Notes: a model not told the origin generated them from the letters alone. A stretch of 64,000 nucleotides of DNA from Paraspadella gotoi (GCA_051294375.1 CM119267.1:9015709-9079708), one strand, 5' to 3'. Counted from the first letter of the stretch, positions 1 to 14,424 are shown. Translations and numbers: made by a program.

Positions 1-373
1 AGAGTGGAAAAAAAAATAATTCGGCCGCCTTTCCGTCTGTTTTTGTTATCGTCGTTTTATTCCTAATTTTGTTAAAAATTCTACGTTTACCGTAACTTAT
101 TAAATTTTCCCGCCGAGCGAAAAAAAAAATTCTAAAATCACGATTAATTCGTAGAAAATCGCATTAATAGAATTAAGGTTTTTTTTGAGATTAAATTCAC
201 TCATTTGGAAAAAATATCCTCTGATTAATTTTTTTTTCCTTATTTTTATTAATTGTTATGATTCAAGCCCAAACAAAATCAATAAAAAGATGACATCTGT
301 GACATTCACAATTTTAAAATCGGCCATCGGCTAAATTCTTTGCCTTCTCGTCAATCCGGTTCTTTTAATCAAT

Positions 374-562
374 ATCCTCCTTCCATTTCCTACTTCCCTT
401 TCCTCCTTCCATTTCCTCCTTCCATTTCCTACTTCCCTTTCCTCCTTCTATTTCCTCCTTTCATTTCCTTCTTCCCTTTCCTCCTTCAATTTCCTACTTC
501 CATTTCCTACTTCCCTTTCCCCATACCATTTCCTCCTTCCATTTCCTACTTCCCTTTCCTCC
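374..562. repeat. Pyrimidine-rich minisatellite (~36-bp unit built of 12-bp subunits, ~5 copies)
   Basis: Repeated tcctccttccatttcctacttcccttt... directly upstream of the 574 splice acceptor; explains spurious ORF 340..642. Confidence 0.85.
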
Positions 563-573
563 AACCGATGCAG

Positions 574-1060
574 GCGTGTCGGAACCGGGAACTCTCTCCT
601 CTATCCCTTCCTCCTCCTCTTCCTCCTCCTCTTGCCGACTGACCTGTCTCCAAACTCCTTCGTCCGCTCGCTCCCTCCCTTCCCTCCTCCATCCTTCCTC
701 CAAAGATCCTTGCCCCGACTTCTCCGATCTTTCCTCCACCTCCTTCTTCTTGCCCCCGCCACCTTCCGCCCCGACCCCGACCAAAGTCTGCGACCAGGGC
801 TTCGGGGTTCCGGGCGATCCTCGATCCCCGCCCAAAGCCCTCGCAGAGACCTCCCGGGTCGACGGGGCCTCGATCCCTTTGTCGTCCTCCTCCGGAGGTT
901 CTCGAGGTAGATTATATCTCTCGCCGTCTCGCTCTCCCTCGCGCTTGCGCTCGCTCTCTGTCTCGTGCTTTTTACTTGCCTCTTTATTGTGTCTTTTATT
1001 TTTTTGGTTGTTTTTTTCTTTTCAGTGCTCGTTTTTTTGAGAGCGTTTCGCCTCTCACTC

Positions 1061-1117
<57 letters not shown>

Positions 1118-2458
1118 TTCTTCTCGCATGTAACGTGTTCCGTGATTTCTTTTTCAATAATTACTATCACCTCCCTGTCTTTTCAAATTCTATCCTCCCA
1201 CCCCCGCTATAAAAACGTTAACTTCGCAACTTTTCAGTGTTTCTTTATAATCTACAGCGAGGATCGTCTACGTCTAGAAAACCAAGTTTCCGCTGTTTGA
1301 CAGCGACCAATCTATAAATAATTTTTATATAATTTTCGAAGTAGACATCTTTCGCTGTTATACTCGTTAGATTTATTTTTTCATCCTAATTTATCCGAAC
1401 GTCTCTCATTTTTTCTCTTCAGAATCTTCGACGAGGTTAAACGTTGTCCCATCGTCGACTTCCGACGCGTCCGACAACTCCGCTCCCGCCGCCGCCGCCG
1501 CCGCCCCAGCTCCCCCTGCACCCGCTGGCGAGGATCCCGAGGCGTCGGAGCATAAACCCGACGCAGACTCGCCAGCTGCCGACGCGGCTCTAGCCGACCC
1601 GCCTCCACCGGCTCCCGGCGTCGTCCCGGATAAAGCGGCGTCCAAGGCGGAGCCTGTCCCTTCCGCCGGTGCAGAGTCCAAACCTTCCGCCGGCGCAGCG
1701 TCCGTTTCTTCCGCCGGTTCAGCGTCCGTTCCTACCGCAGCAGCGGAGGCGAACTCGGAAGGTTCCTCCACGTCGGAAAACAACAGCATCTCTGGCGGTT
1801 CGTCGTCCTTGAGGTAAGGCTGAGGCAAAACTGAGGTGAGGTTACGAATTCGGTCGATCGTTTTTTTTCTCAACGACCGCCTCCCCCTCCCCCACGGCCG
1901 ATTTCCCTTCCAGCACCTTGCTCTCATACCGGCGGAGTCAGTCCCCGACGCAAGTGACTCCCTCCATCTCCGTCTCCGTGAACAACTTGGTCGCGGCGAC
2001 GACGACCCCGGCGACGACGACTTCGACGACGACGATCTCCGCCAGAGAATCAGCCGACGAATCGCGTCTCGAGGTCAAATCCTCGACGTCGACGACGACG
2101 ACGACGACAGCGACGACGACGATCTGTTCCACGGAATTGTCCGAGGGAGAGAAGAAAGCGACTCTGGTTGGTCATTTATTTATTTATTTATTTTTTATCG
2201 AGCCATGACCGGCGAAGCCGGTTCAGGCTTGATTTTGTTTCGGGTCAGCTTTCTTTGTGACGTCGTCGTCGTCGTCCGTCGTCGTCGCGTCGTCCGTCAC
2301 GTTTGTATAAAAACTATAAAGCTTTTATAGGGTTGGCTGTGATTACGGTTTTATTTTTTTATTTTATTTATTATTTATTTATTTATTTATTTATTTTATT
2401 TATTTATTTCATTTATTTATTTATTTATTTATTTTATTTATTTATTTATTTATTAACT

Positions 2459-2502
<44 letters not shown>

Positions 2503-2513
2503 TTTATTTATTT

Positions 2514-2597
<84 letters not shown>

Positions 2598-3767
2598 TTA
2601 TTTATTTATTAATTGGTACAACAATATTTCTTATTTAATTTATTTAGAAGCTCGTCCTGTCTCTATAATGATTTAACATAGCTTCTTTGTGACGTAGTCG
2701 TCGTCGTCGTCGTCTGTGTCACGCTTTTTTATTTTATTTATTCACGATAATTGTTCACGATATTTATTCTTTTATTTTTCTTACCAATAAAATCAATTGC
2801 GACATACACGTCCTTTCATCGCGTTACACTCCTTTTCCCACTATCTTCAGGTTGTCGCCGCTCCCCCTACTCCACCGACCTCCAACCTCGCCCGTTACCC
2901 CGCCCCCTCTCTCCCCGCCTCCTCCTCGGAGTCGACCCAGCCAACGAGCGCGCCACTGCAGCTTCCGGCGCCAAGACAGAGACAATCAATCCTTTCGAGA
3001 AGGCCTTCAGGGAAGCCTCGGGCATTCCACTCTCCCCGCAGGAATCAAGCCCAAAACGTCCATAGCAGGTGAGTGAAAGAATTATGGTTTAGGGATTTTA
3101 ATATTAGCCCCGTATCTAATGGATACTGTTTTATGAATGATATCATAATATCTTCGCAAGATAGTCAAGATGAGCCAGAATAATACCCGGTTTTATCACT
3201 ACCTTCGTAAGATCTGAATTGAGACCGATTTCCACAATCTCGTTTGCATTAATTGGTTTTCGTGCTGATTTTTTAAATTTTTGGTTTTAATGGTTAAATT
3301 TATTCAGATCGTGAGATACATTAACACTGTTAATAACTGTATATAATATAAATTCGTACATCAAAGTTTTAACGATAATTCCGGGTCGTCAAGGAATGAC
3401 AGCGATTAGTTTAAGACTATTTCTAGATGGCAATCGAGTGTTCCGCGCTGGTACCCAAGCCCGAAATAAACGCTCCGCTGCTACCGTTAATTTGCGGTCG
3501 AGAGGCTTTCGACATTTGGTGTTAAAAAATCGTAACCAAAATGCGGTTCTCGCGACGACTCTGCCCTCCCTGGGGAAGAAGAGAAGCGGAAAAAAAAAAA
3601 AGACGAGGGAAACTGATTAGTCGACGTCCCTTTCGATCATCTTCTTCATTATTCTTCTTAAAAACGTAATTTTTCTTCGTATCTCTCCCGGTCTTTTGTC
3701 GTAATTTGCGCCGCTTAATTCTTATCACACTCGTCCTCTTAAACGGGGGGGGGGCAAAATTGAATTA

Positions 3768-3816
<49 letters not shown>

Positions 3817-3886
3817 CTCTCTCTCTCTCTCTTCCTCTCTCTCTCTCTCCTCCGTCTCTCTCCCTCTCTCTCTCTCTCTCTTTCTC

Positions 3887-3949
<63 letters not shown>

Positions 3950-3961
3950 CTCTCTCCCTCT

Positions 3962-4016
<55 letters not shown>

Positions 4017-5557
4017 CTCTCTCTCTTTCTCTCTCTCTTGACAATCGATACGAGGATAAACGGTTATATATCGCCGAAACAAAAGCTCCTCGTGTCGCTC
4101 TCAATAAACGGAAATTTCGTATTTTCGGATTAGCCTTTTTTTTTCTTTAAAGGTTCACGAATGATTTGCGGAGCTTTTATCACTTTTGAAGGAATCGAGG
4201 TTTTGGTGGCGTCCCAGTGGCGATTACGTCGAGATCGAGGCGACTCCACGCCTCCCTTAAACTCGATGTTCACACTCGTTTTTTTTGCGCTTAGAAACAA
4301 ATATGGATACGATTATTTTGCTTTCGCAATCATCATCTGTTCGTTCTTGCGGTCAAAATACGTACAGCCGACCGAAACATTACGTGAGATCCGAGACAGT
4401 AAATCCGCGATGTGATTTTTAGTTTTAATTGTAATAGTGGCGGTGAATTTTTATAACACCCAAATCATCGCTCCCTTCTCTTTTATCTCTCTCGTTCTCA
4501 ATTTTGATTGCGAAAGAGGAATGCCATTAACCGTCGGAACCCAGCGATTATTTTAAAACGGGATGTTTCTCACTTAACGACTTCGTGTCGAATAAAAAAA
4601 AAAGCCCACTTGAAATTCTCTCTCTCTCTGTCTCTCTCTCCTCTCATCTTCCTCTCTCTCCTCTCTCTCTCTCTTCTTTCTCTCTCTCTCTCGACATTTT
4701 TTACTTACCGTCAAATCAATATTCTTGTATCTCTCTCTCATCTTCTTCTTCTCTCTCTCTCTCTCTCTCATCCTCTCCTCTCATTCTCTCTCTCCTCTCA
4801 TTTATCTCTCTCTCTCGNNNNNNNNNNNNNNNNNNNNNNNNNTCAGGGTCAGGACTTGATTTTGTTTTCGGGTCAAGACTATCTAATGTAGACGATTACG
4901 TTCAGTATACGTCGTACCGTCACCGCTTTTTTGGGTTATAAAAGAAACTACCTGTACCGCTTATTTATAGGTTTGCCTGTGAGCTTACCGGTTTATTTTT
5001 TTTATTATTTATTTATAAATTAGAAAACGAAAATTTTCGTGGAACAACAATAAAGTTTTTTATTAACTTACCTTGGAACATGTTTTCGGCCTCACAACTT
5101 CAAGCCTTTCGGATCCAGCATCTTGAATATCAACAAATACATTTATTTCACATCAACTTGAGAGAGGAGATCGAGAGAAGAGAGAGATGACGCTTACGGA
5201 GAAGGGAGAGACGATCTCTCGATGAGAGCGATTAGACGACGAGAAGAGATAGACGGAAGGAGATGAGAGAGCATGACGCAGAGCGGGATAGTAGTTCCAA
5301 CAAAAGGAATTTAGTAAAGAGAATGAGTGGTCAGATGCGGCAGGCACAGGTGAAGGGATGTAGGACAGGGATGAAAAGCGAGATGCGTGAATGTCGAAAG
5401 TTGGTTGAATACAGGAGAGATGAGAGCAGGCGAAGAGAGAGACACCAGAGAGAGCGCAGTCATAATTAAATATTATTTATTTATTTTATTTATTCTTATT
5501 TATTATATTATTTATTAAATTATTTATTATTTATTTATTTATTTTATTTATTTATTT

Positions 5558-5593
<36 letters not shown>

Positions 5594-6756
5594 TTTTATT
5601 TATTTATTTAGATTCTATTTATCTTAATTTCATTTATAAGCTCGAGCTCGTCCTGTCTCTATAATGATTTAACATAGCTTCTTTGTGACGTAGTCGTCGT
5701 CGTCGTCGTCTGTGTCACGCTTTTTTATTTATTTATTCACGATAATTGTTCACGATATTTATTCTTTTATTTTTCTTTACCATAAAATCAAATTGCGACA
5801 TACCAGTCCCTTTCATCGCGTTACACTCCTTTTCCCACTATCTTCAGGTTGTCGCCGCTCCCCCTACTCCACCGACCTCCAACCTCGCCGTTACCCCNNN
5901 NNNNNNNNNNNCCTCGGAGTCGACCCAGCCAACGAGCGGCGCCACTGCAGCTTCCGGCGCCAAGACAGAGACAATCAATCCTTTCGAGAAGGCCTTCAGG
6001 GAAGCCTCGGGCATTCCACTCTCCCCGGCAGGAATCAAGCCCAAAACGTCCATCAGGTGAGTGAAAGAATTATGGTTTAGGGATTTTTAATATTAGCCCG
6101 TATCTAATGGATACTGTTTATGAATGATATCATAATATCTTCGCAAGATAGTCCAGATGAGCCAGAATAATACCCGGTTTTATCACTACCTTCGTAAGAT
6201 CTGAATTGAGACCGATTTCCACAATCTCGTTTGCATTAATTGGTTTTCGTGCTGATTTTTTTAAATTTTTGGTTTTAATGGTTAAATTTATTCAGATCGT
6301 GAGATACATTAACACTGTTAATAACTGTATATAATATAAATTCGTACATCAAAGTTTTAACGATAAATCTCGGTCTGTCAAGAGAATTGACAGCGATTAG
6401 TTTAAGACTATTCTGATGGCAATCGAGGTTCCGCGCTGGATACCCAAGCCCGAGCATAAACGCTCCGCTGCCCGTTAATTTGCGCGTCGAGAGGCTTCGA
6501 CATTTGGTGTTAAAAAATCGTAACCAAATGCGGTTTCTCGCGACGACTCTGCCCTCCTGGGGAAGAAGGAAGCGGAAAAAAAAAAAGACGAGGGAAACTG
6601 ATTAGTCGACGTCCCTTTCGATGCATTTTTCATTATTTCTTCTTAAAACGTAATTTTCTTCGTATCTCTCCCGGTCTTTTGTCGTAATTTGCGCCGCTTA
6701 ATTCTTATCAACACTCGTCCTCTTAAACGGGCGGGGGGGCAAAAATTGAATTAAAG

Positions 6757-6828
<72 letters not shown>

Positions 6829-6958
6829 CCTCCTCTCTCTCTCTCTCTCTCTCTCCCTCTCTCTCTCTCTCTGGCTTCTCCTTCTCTCTCTCTCTCTTTC
6901 TCTCTCTCCTCTCTCCTCTCTCTCTCTTTCTCTCTCTCTCATCTCTCTCTCTCCCTCT

Positions 6959-7001
<43 letters not shown>

Positions 7002-7594
7002 CTCTCTCTCTCTCCTCTCTCTCTTGTCTCTCTCTCTTGACAATCGATACGAGGATAAACGGTTATATATCGCCGAAAACAAAAGCTCCTCGTGTCGCTC
7101 TCAATAAACGGAAATTTCGTAATTCGATTAGCCTTTTTTTTTTCTTTAAAAAGTTCACGAATGATTTGCGAGCTTTTATCACTTTTGAAGGAATCGAGGT
7201 TTTGGCGTCCAGTGGCGATTACGTCGAGATCGAGGCGACTCCACGCCTCCCTTAAACTCGATGTTCATCGTTTTTTGCGCTTAGAACAAATATGGATACA
7301 GATATTTTGCTTTCGCAATCATCATCTGTTCGTTTTGCGGTCAAAATACGTACAGCCGACCGAAACATTACGTGAGATCCGAGACAGTAAATCCGCGATG
7401 TGATTTTTAGTTTTAATTGTAATAGTGGCGGTGAATTTTTATAACACCAAATCATCGCTCCCTTCCTCTTTTATCTCTCGTTCTCAATTTTGATTGCGAA
7501 AGAGGAATGCCATTAACCGTCGGAACCCAGCGATATTTTAAACGTGTTTCTCACTTAACGACTTCGTGTCGAATAAAAAAAAAAGCCCACTTGA

Positions 7595-7625
<31 letters not shown>

Positions 7626-10600
7626 NNNNNNNNNNNNNNNNNNNNNNNNNNNNNNNNNNNNNNNNNNNNNNNNNNNNNNNNNNNNNNNNNNNNNNNNNNN
7701 NNNNNNNNNNNNNNNNNNNNNNNNNNNNNNNNNNNNNNNNNNNNNNNNNNNNNNNNNNNNNNNNNNNNNNNNNNNNNNNNNNNNNNNNNNNNNNNNNNNN
7801 NNNNNNNNNNNNNNNNNNNNNNNNNNNNNNNNNNNNNNNNNNNNNNNNNNNNNNNNNNNNNNNNNNNNNNNNNNNNNNNNNNNNNNNNNNNNNNNNNNNN
7901 NNNNNNNNNNNNNNNCACGGCCACTCGAATGAAATTTAAATCAATTCTGATTCACCCAAAAAAAACTATATATCTAGAAATCATTTTAGCAGTAAAAAAT
8001 AAATAAAAATAAATAAAGAAATAAATAAATAAAGCCCCAATCCATATCCGTTTTTGACATTTTTGTTTCTTAAAAAAAAAACAAACAAAAAAAAACAAAT
8101 TTTATAGCGGAACGAAATTGTAAATGGGGTCTTTCGATCGAGCAGACCCTGGAGCAACCCCGTTCAAGTGGCTCGAGCACCACTTCTTTCGATAATCTCA
8201 ACGAGAGAACCAGAAGGCATCGAAAAATGGCGCTCGCGGGGGTCGATAAACGAAGCGTTAGGGTCGAATCGACTGACCTCGACGGAACCTAACGAGAGAT
8301 GGAAAACCCAAAAAAACCCTCTCAATGAAATATTTTGCTCTATAGTTTCTTTGAATGGGAATGTTTCTAACTAACTCGTCTAACTCGTCAATGTTGGCAA
8401 ACGCAACCTTTATCAAGCAGTTTTACTCTGACAAACTTTTTGCGTTTTTTTGTCTAAAAATAAAAATGACCGCCAGACGCCCAGGGACCAAACACATAAA
8501 GTCATCTCTTCTACTCCACGTCAAACTCGATCTCGACCCTCTCTCTCTCTTTCGATACTGCTCTGTCTCTCTCCTCTCCTCCTCTCTCTCTCTCCTCTCA
8601 TCAAATGTTTGCTCAAATCTTTCGTCGATAACAGGAAAGGAGCTGCTCTTTCCGCATTATCTCTCTTCTCTTCTCTCTTATAATCACCTTGTATCGCCGT
8701 GTCAAAGTCTCATTACCGAGTTTTTCCGGAGCACCGCTCCCTTTTTGTTCTTCGACCTGTTAATGTTTTCACGGCAAAAATTTACATCCATACATTTCCA
8801 ACAACAATTGACTTGTGACGCATTTTCCAGGACACTCGCTGTTTCAGTTATAATTATAAGGCTCTGAAATCGTCTCTTGAATAATAATCATTTTCAACTT
8901 CAAATTTTGTTGAAGCTGAACAAAATATTTCCCAAAACGTCAATTATATTTATAATTAAAGCTTAATTCTTTTTTATCCTACAGCAGTACCCCGACGACG
9001 ACGACGACGACAACACCAACGACGGTTTCCATCGCGGTATCCTCCAAATCCTCGACCCAGAATGCCGCGTCGCTGCCAAACTCTTCGTCGGGAGCGTCTA
9101 AATCTCTAGGCCCCTCGTTTCCCCTGGCGCCACCTTCCACCGATCTCATGTTTTCGCCGAACGCCGCGGGACCGCGCGGTCCACTCAGCGCCGCTTCGCA
9201 TCTCGCTCTCACAGGTGCAGATTGAAACTGACGGTTTTACTTTTCTCACGACTCTCGCGTCCTTATACTTACTCTATGAAAATTCTCAGAATACTATCCC
9301 TTGCTCATGACTAATTCAAGCATCAATTAACCCTCATTCTTTCAAAAAGGTCCCGACCTTCTTCGCTCCTCGGACTTGGCCGCGCGCCACGCCCTCATCG
9401 CAGCCGCCGCCGCCGGGGAACGCAGCGCCGCTGTGGCCGCCGCAGCTGCAGCTGCTGCCGGTCTGCCTGGATTTCCCCCAGGGGCCGGAGTTCCTCCCGT
9501 CTTGCCGCCCGGAGCCTCGCCCTTCGGCGCTCCCGGCGGGTCCGCCTCAGCCTTGGCGGCCGCTGCGGGACTCCCATATGTACGCGCCGAGATGCACCAG
9601 CACCTACATCAACATCAACACCAGCACACCCACACCCACAACCACAACGGGACCGGCGGATCGGCCGGTGGCTCCACGACGGGCGGCTCTACTGCATCCA
9701 CCAATTCGACGACGACCTCCGCACCGCCGCCGACGACCTCCTCGGCCGCCGGATTGCCGATGGGGATCCCGACGTCGCTGCCGGTACTTCCGGCGGCGCC
9801 GGGGTTAGATAAGATTTCCAAGATCGACGCGGATCCCTTTTTGAGAACAAATCCTGTGAGTTTGACGCAGAATTAAAGATTTTTGAGAACAAATCCTGTG
9901 AGTTTGACGCAGAATTCAAGATTTTGCCTTTTTACAAGTTACGCGATACAATAATAAAAAATAATTTTTTTTCTCAGTTACTGGGCGGCGGCCTTCCGCA
10001 TAGCGCAGCCGCAGCGGTTGCTGCTGCGGCGGCGTCTGTGGGCGGAGGACCACCGGGTTTCATCCGGACTTCTCTAGCATCCGGTCATCCTAATCCATTG
10101 CTACCCTCAGCGCCGATTAACCCGATGGGTCCTTATTTTCAAAAGGTAAAAAAAATATTATATTTTTAAATGATTTTAATTTACAGAAATAAAATTATTA
10201 AGCAATTTTCATAGAAACAATTGTCTTTCCATTACAGCGTTCTGGAAAGTGGAACGCAATGCACGTTCGAATCGCCTGGTTGATCTACCATCATCAGCAA
10301 AAACAAAAGTCGAGCAGCGGCGGCAACGGCGATTCTTCTCGTGAGGGTCCACCGCTTGGGGCGCGTCCGGGCGAGGCGCCCTCCAAAGCTCCGCCATCGG
10401 GCTCCTCCCCTCGGGACGCTACCACGCCAAAACATGGCGCCCCCTTGCTCCCACCCGCTCCACCCGCGCCCGGTGGCGCCATTCCTCCCGGCGATAATCC
10501 CATTAGAGCGCCTGGTCCACCTGGTCTCGGTGGTCCGCTTCTTGGAGACCCCAGGCCGCTCGGAGCGCTCGGAGGTTTCGGCCCGGGGCCCAATCCGATG

Positions 10601-13600
10601 TTCAGTCCAAGTAAGAGGGGAAGGTTGTTCGTTGATTTTTGACAAAAAAAATATCGAAAAAAAAAAAATAAACAAAACAAACAAAATAATAATCCTTTTT
10701 TTTTTTTGTTCAGCCGGGCTTAACCCTTATCTTGCCCGACATCCGTTCGATCCATTCGGTCCGCCACCGGGTCCTAATTTTCCGCCCGGAGTGCTGCCGC
10801 CGGGCCACCCGCTGGCGCCTGGACCGCCCCACGGAGCCCCAGGAGGCCCGCTACCGGCGGGAGCCCCGCCTGGAATGCCCCCCTCGGGCTTGAATCCTCT
10901 CTACAAGCCCACCGCCTTCGGGGGACTCGGAAACATCACGCAAGGTCATTTGAATTTTTATAGCTCTTTAAAATACTTGCGGTAAGCCGTGAGGCTCGCT
11001 TGTAAAAACAGTGTATTAGTATTTGTGCCGGGTTTATGTGCGATAAACTCAGGAATGTCAAAACATATATTTTTTACTGTTGTATCATTGCCTCACAAAT
11101 GTTTTTGCATCATTCACAGCCGAAAAGAACGCTCAGCGAGAATTGTCGTCGCCCTCGACCCACGCGGATCGCGAGAGGCTCCGAAAGACTCCCCCTTCTT
11201 TTCCCCGCGCCCCTCTCGGTGATACACCCGGAAGCGGTCGTGCTTCCGACACGCCCTCTGTTGGATCTGGAGGGAAACAGTCGCGGGGCTCCACGCCCAT
11301 CGGGGGAGAGACAAAGGAACACCAGAAGGAGCGTCATCGTTCGGTAGAGGGAAAGGACAAAATGCTGCTTACTCCGGAAGCTCGAGAAAGGTGGGATTTT
11401 TTTTTCTCTTTTCTCTTTCTTTCTTTATTTATTTTTTTTTGTTGTTTTCTTTCTTTCTTTCTTTCTTTCTTTCTTTTTTTCTTGTTTTCTTTCTTTCTTT
11501 CTTTCTTTCTTTCTTTATTTTTTTCTTGTTTTCTTTTTTTCTCTCTTCCTTTTTTTTTCCCCTCTTTTTTTCTTTTTTTCTTTTTTTTTTTTAATCAATA
11601 ATCAATCATCCTTCATAGGGAACGGGAGCGAGAAATGCGACTTCGCCAGGGCGTTCCTCCTCACCATCCTGGAGGCCATCCCGCTCCTCCTCCTCATCCC
11701 TCGAACCACGGGTTATCCACTCACTCTCCTCCCAACGGGGGCGTCCACCCATCACCCACTCACCCCCTCCACCACGGTCCTTCGCCCCAGGGACATCCCC
11801 ATCATCTGCTAGATCCGCACCTCTCGCCTTCGGGGCGCCCGCGCTCCCCCGGCCACCATCGATCTCGCAGCCGCTCGCCCTTGTCGGGCGGGCGCGTCGC
11901 CCGTCCCCCTTCTCCCGGGAGAGGGCGGCCGCCGTCGCCGGGACGGGGCCGAGCACCCTCGCCCAGAATCAACAATCACGGCGCTCACAGAACGTCGCCC
12001 ACCTTCAATAACCGCCCGAAATCTCCTTTCAGCAGATCGAGATCACCATTGAACGCGAACAGAGGTGTGCAGATTTTAACATTTTTTTTTTTTATACAGG
12101 CAAACAAAATATTTTTGAGAGAATGTTTAGCTTTGACTTTTTTTCGCCCTAGTGGGCAACGGGCGTTGGGCATGTGAAGGAGCTCACAATAAGAAATTCA
12201 AAACGATCACGTGTAATTAAAATATAATCATAAAGTCTGTGTTATATTCAGGTTTAAATTCAGTCCGGAAAAGTACACGGCAAAATAAATGTAGCTAAAG
12301 AAAAGCAGAGATATCTTTCTTCTTAGTAATTCCCATAAATAAATTATGTTCTATTACTAAAGATATATGAAATCAGAGTTGGTCATTTTGAATATGAATA
12401 TATCATTTCATTAAGTAAAATATAAATTGAACCATTCTCCAGGACCGCATCGGCCGGGATCTCCACGTTCTCCGACCAAACCCAGCGGTGCGGGACATCA
12501 TCCTCCCCCGCATCCTCTGGGTGGTCGACCGCCTCATCTCAACGGCCCTTTGGGTCATCCTCATCCCCCCGGACACCCGCTTAATCCAACACACCATGCC
12601 CAAGTCAACGGCCCCTCGGGGTAAGTTTTTTTTTGGGGGGAAGCCATTTTAGATTATTATTATTATATTGGCCTTTTTTTTTTCAGGTACTCAGTCAAGC
12701 AAGAGCGCGACTCGTCTCACCATCCGGACGCACGCGGGCCTGACGTCGCCTCTGCCTCCACCGCCGACGGAGCATCCTCCAAGTCAGGCATCAAGTCGGA
12801 ACCCTTGTCCCGCGGCCCGTCTCGTGCCGAGGTTGACCGGACCTCGGAGCGGGATGCCCCTCCATCCACGTCCTCGTCAGCGTCGGGACCCCCTCTCCCA
12901 ACACCTCCGACGTCACATCTTCCGCCTGGTGGGCCAAGGCCCCACCTCCCGCCAGAGATGTTCCCTCATCCCCATCCGCTGTCCGGTTTGCCCGATCCGA
13001 TGGGGAGGGGCCCTCATGGATTCCCACCCGGTTTCCCGCCGGGTGACCGGCCTGGTGGACTGCCGCAGTCCTTGGCTGGTCTGCCGCCACACCTGCTGCC
13101 GCCGACGTCTCTATGGTCGCCTTCGGCACCCGGCTTGGTGCCGGGAATGCCGGGGCTCGAGGCCTTGAGGGAGATGTACGCCAGGGACGTTGAAAGGCAA
13201 CGGCTGTCCGCCGCGGCAGCGCAGCATCAAATCGAACAGCTGCAGCAGCAACACGTAGCGCAACAGGTGATTGACCAGTCATAGTATTTTATTCGTTTTA
13301 TTTGATTGTACGTAATAAAATATTTTTAATACTACTTACAAATTTACCGTGAGGGAAAAATAAAATTTCATAATTCTACTAAACTTTCTAATAATATTTA
13401 TGTCTATTAATCCCATTAATTTTCTGACTCACAGCAACTTCATCAAGCGGCTGCAGCCGCGGCGGAGCGCGAACGTTTCTTCGCCACTCTTGGCGTCCTG
13501 GGCGGACACCCTCCTGCGGGTCCCTTCGGCGGCGGGCCCGGTGGAGTCAGCAGCAGCATGGCGGAACTGATAAACCTTCACCACCTGCGGGAGCGCGAGT

Positions 13601-14424
13601 TGCAGATGCAGCGAGATCGCGAAGCCCAGTTGGCGCGCGAGCGGGACAGGATCATTCAGATGGAGCAGGAGCGAGATTTCCGCGACCGAATCGCGAAGGC
13701 AGCGGCTGCTTCATCCTCTTCCTCCGCCGCCGCCCCCTTGCCGGTGACGTCGGGCGCAGCCGCGGCGGCCTCTTCGATCGGCGCCGCTCCGGCCACTCCC
13801 TCGTCCTCTCCTTCCGTTTCCGGCAAACACTTAATCGGGTCCCCGACTACGTCATCGTCGTTAAAAGATACGGCGCCCCCACTCTCCCGAACCTCCGCGG
13901 TGCCCGTCACCTCGCCCTATTCCTCCAATTACCCGCCCCAACTCAAGAGCAACTCGCCGGTCGGAGCCTCGAACGGCGTCGATGGTCACAACCCGGCGCC
14001 GACGTCCATCGGCCATCCTCCTCCTCTGATCTCAGTCGCCTCGACGACAACGACGCTCAGTGCGACCACGAGCGGCGCCGCTATAGACATCGACGCCGCA
14101 GCCGCCGCAGCTGCCGCCGCGCTTCACCACAACGGCAAGCTGTCACCGTCTTCGCCGAAAAAGACGCCGTCCGCCGACAGAAGAGGGTCTTCGCCCGGCG
14201 CTCGTCCGGCGTCTCCCGGCGTCAACGTGACCGCGTCGCCGCTTGCATCTCCGGCGCCACTCGTCGTCGACTCCAAGGAAGTTGAGTCGTCAAAATCCGA
14301 GACGGCGTCGAAACTGAGTCCTAAGTCGAAGTCCATCGTTGGCGCCGCGACGCCGGCCAACCCAGAGTCGGCGTCACCGGGACTTGCGTCGAGCGGAAGT
14401 GACGCCGAAACTCACTCACGATGA
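574..14424 (+). CDS. AUTS2: AUTS2/FBRSL1/fibrosin (Tay-like) family protein, multi-exon, start codon not identified
   Basis: Approximate GT-AG exons: 574-907, 1423-1813, 1913-2167, 2851-3068, 8984-9213, 9350-9855, 9978-10145, 10238-10610, 10714-10944, 11120-11390, 11619-12064, 12443-12620, 12687-13266, 13435-14424. Contains family motif SGKWNAMHVRIAWLIYHHQQK, HX repeat EMHQHLHQHQHQHTHTHNH, PDLLR segment, Pro/His-rich and RE-rich low complexity. Upstream S/T/A-rich exons are less certain. Confidence 0.8.
2345..2645. repeat. (ATTT)n microsatellite, intronic
   Basis: Long tttatttattta tract; a second copy lies at ~5465-5620. Confidence 0.95.
3771..4037. repeat. (CT)n microsatellite, intronic
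   Basis: Imperfect CT dinucleotide array; similar tracts at ~1050-1125, 4617-4816, 6757-7036, 33588-33675, 34030-34155. Confidence 0.95.
4843..7625 (+). repeat. Tandem duplicate of ~2220-4640, probably an assembly/gap-fill artefact
   Basis: 5645-7625 matches 2648-4630 with many 1-bp indels; 4843-5010 is a noisy copy of 2223-2370; bounded by N runs; duplicated exon (5848-6056) is frameshifted and contains Ns. Confidence 0.8.

Noticed and set aside
1406-1927. Minus-strand ORFs over GC-rich exons (also 10232, 11606, 12791, 38796, 60589)
   Set aside because: Antisense shadows of plus-strand coding exons with no recognisable motifs
2303-2638. Hydrophobic FIYL-repeat ORF (similar F-rich ORFs at 11391, 14453, 36227)
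   Set aside because: (ATTT)n or pyrimidine-tract low complexity, not membrane proteins
3725-4104. RE-rich and LS-rich ORFs (also 601-1300, 4508-4941, 6751-6942, 33999-34271)
   Set aside because: Translations of (CT/AG)n microsatellites
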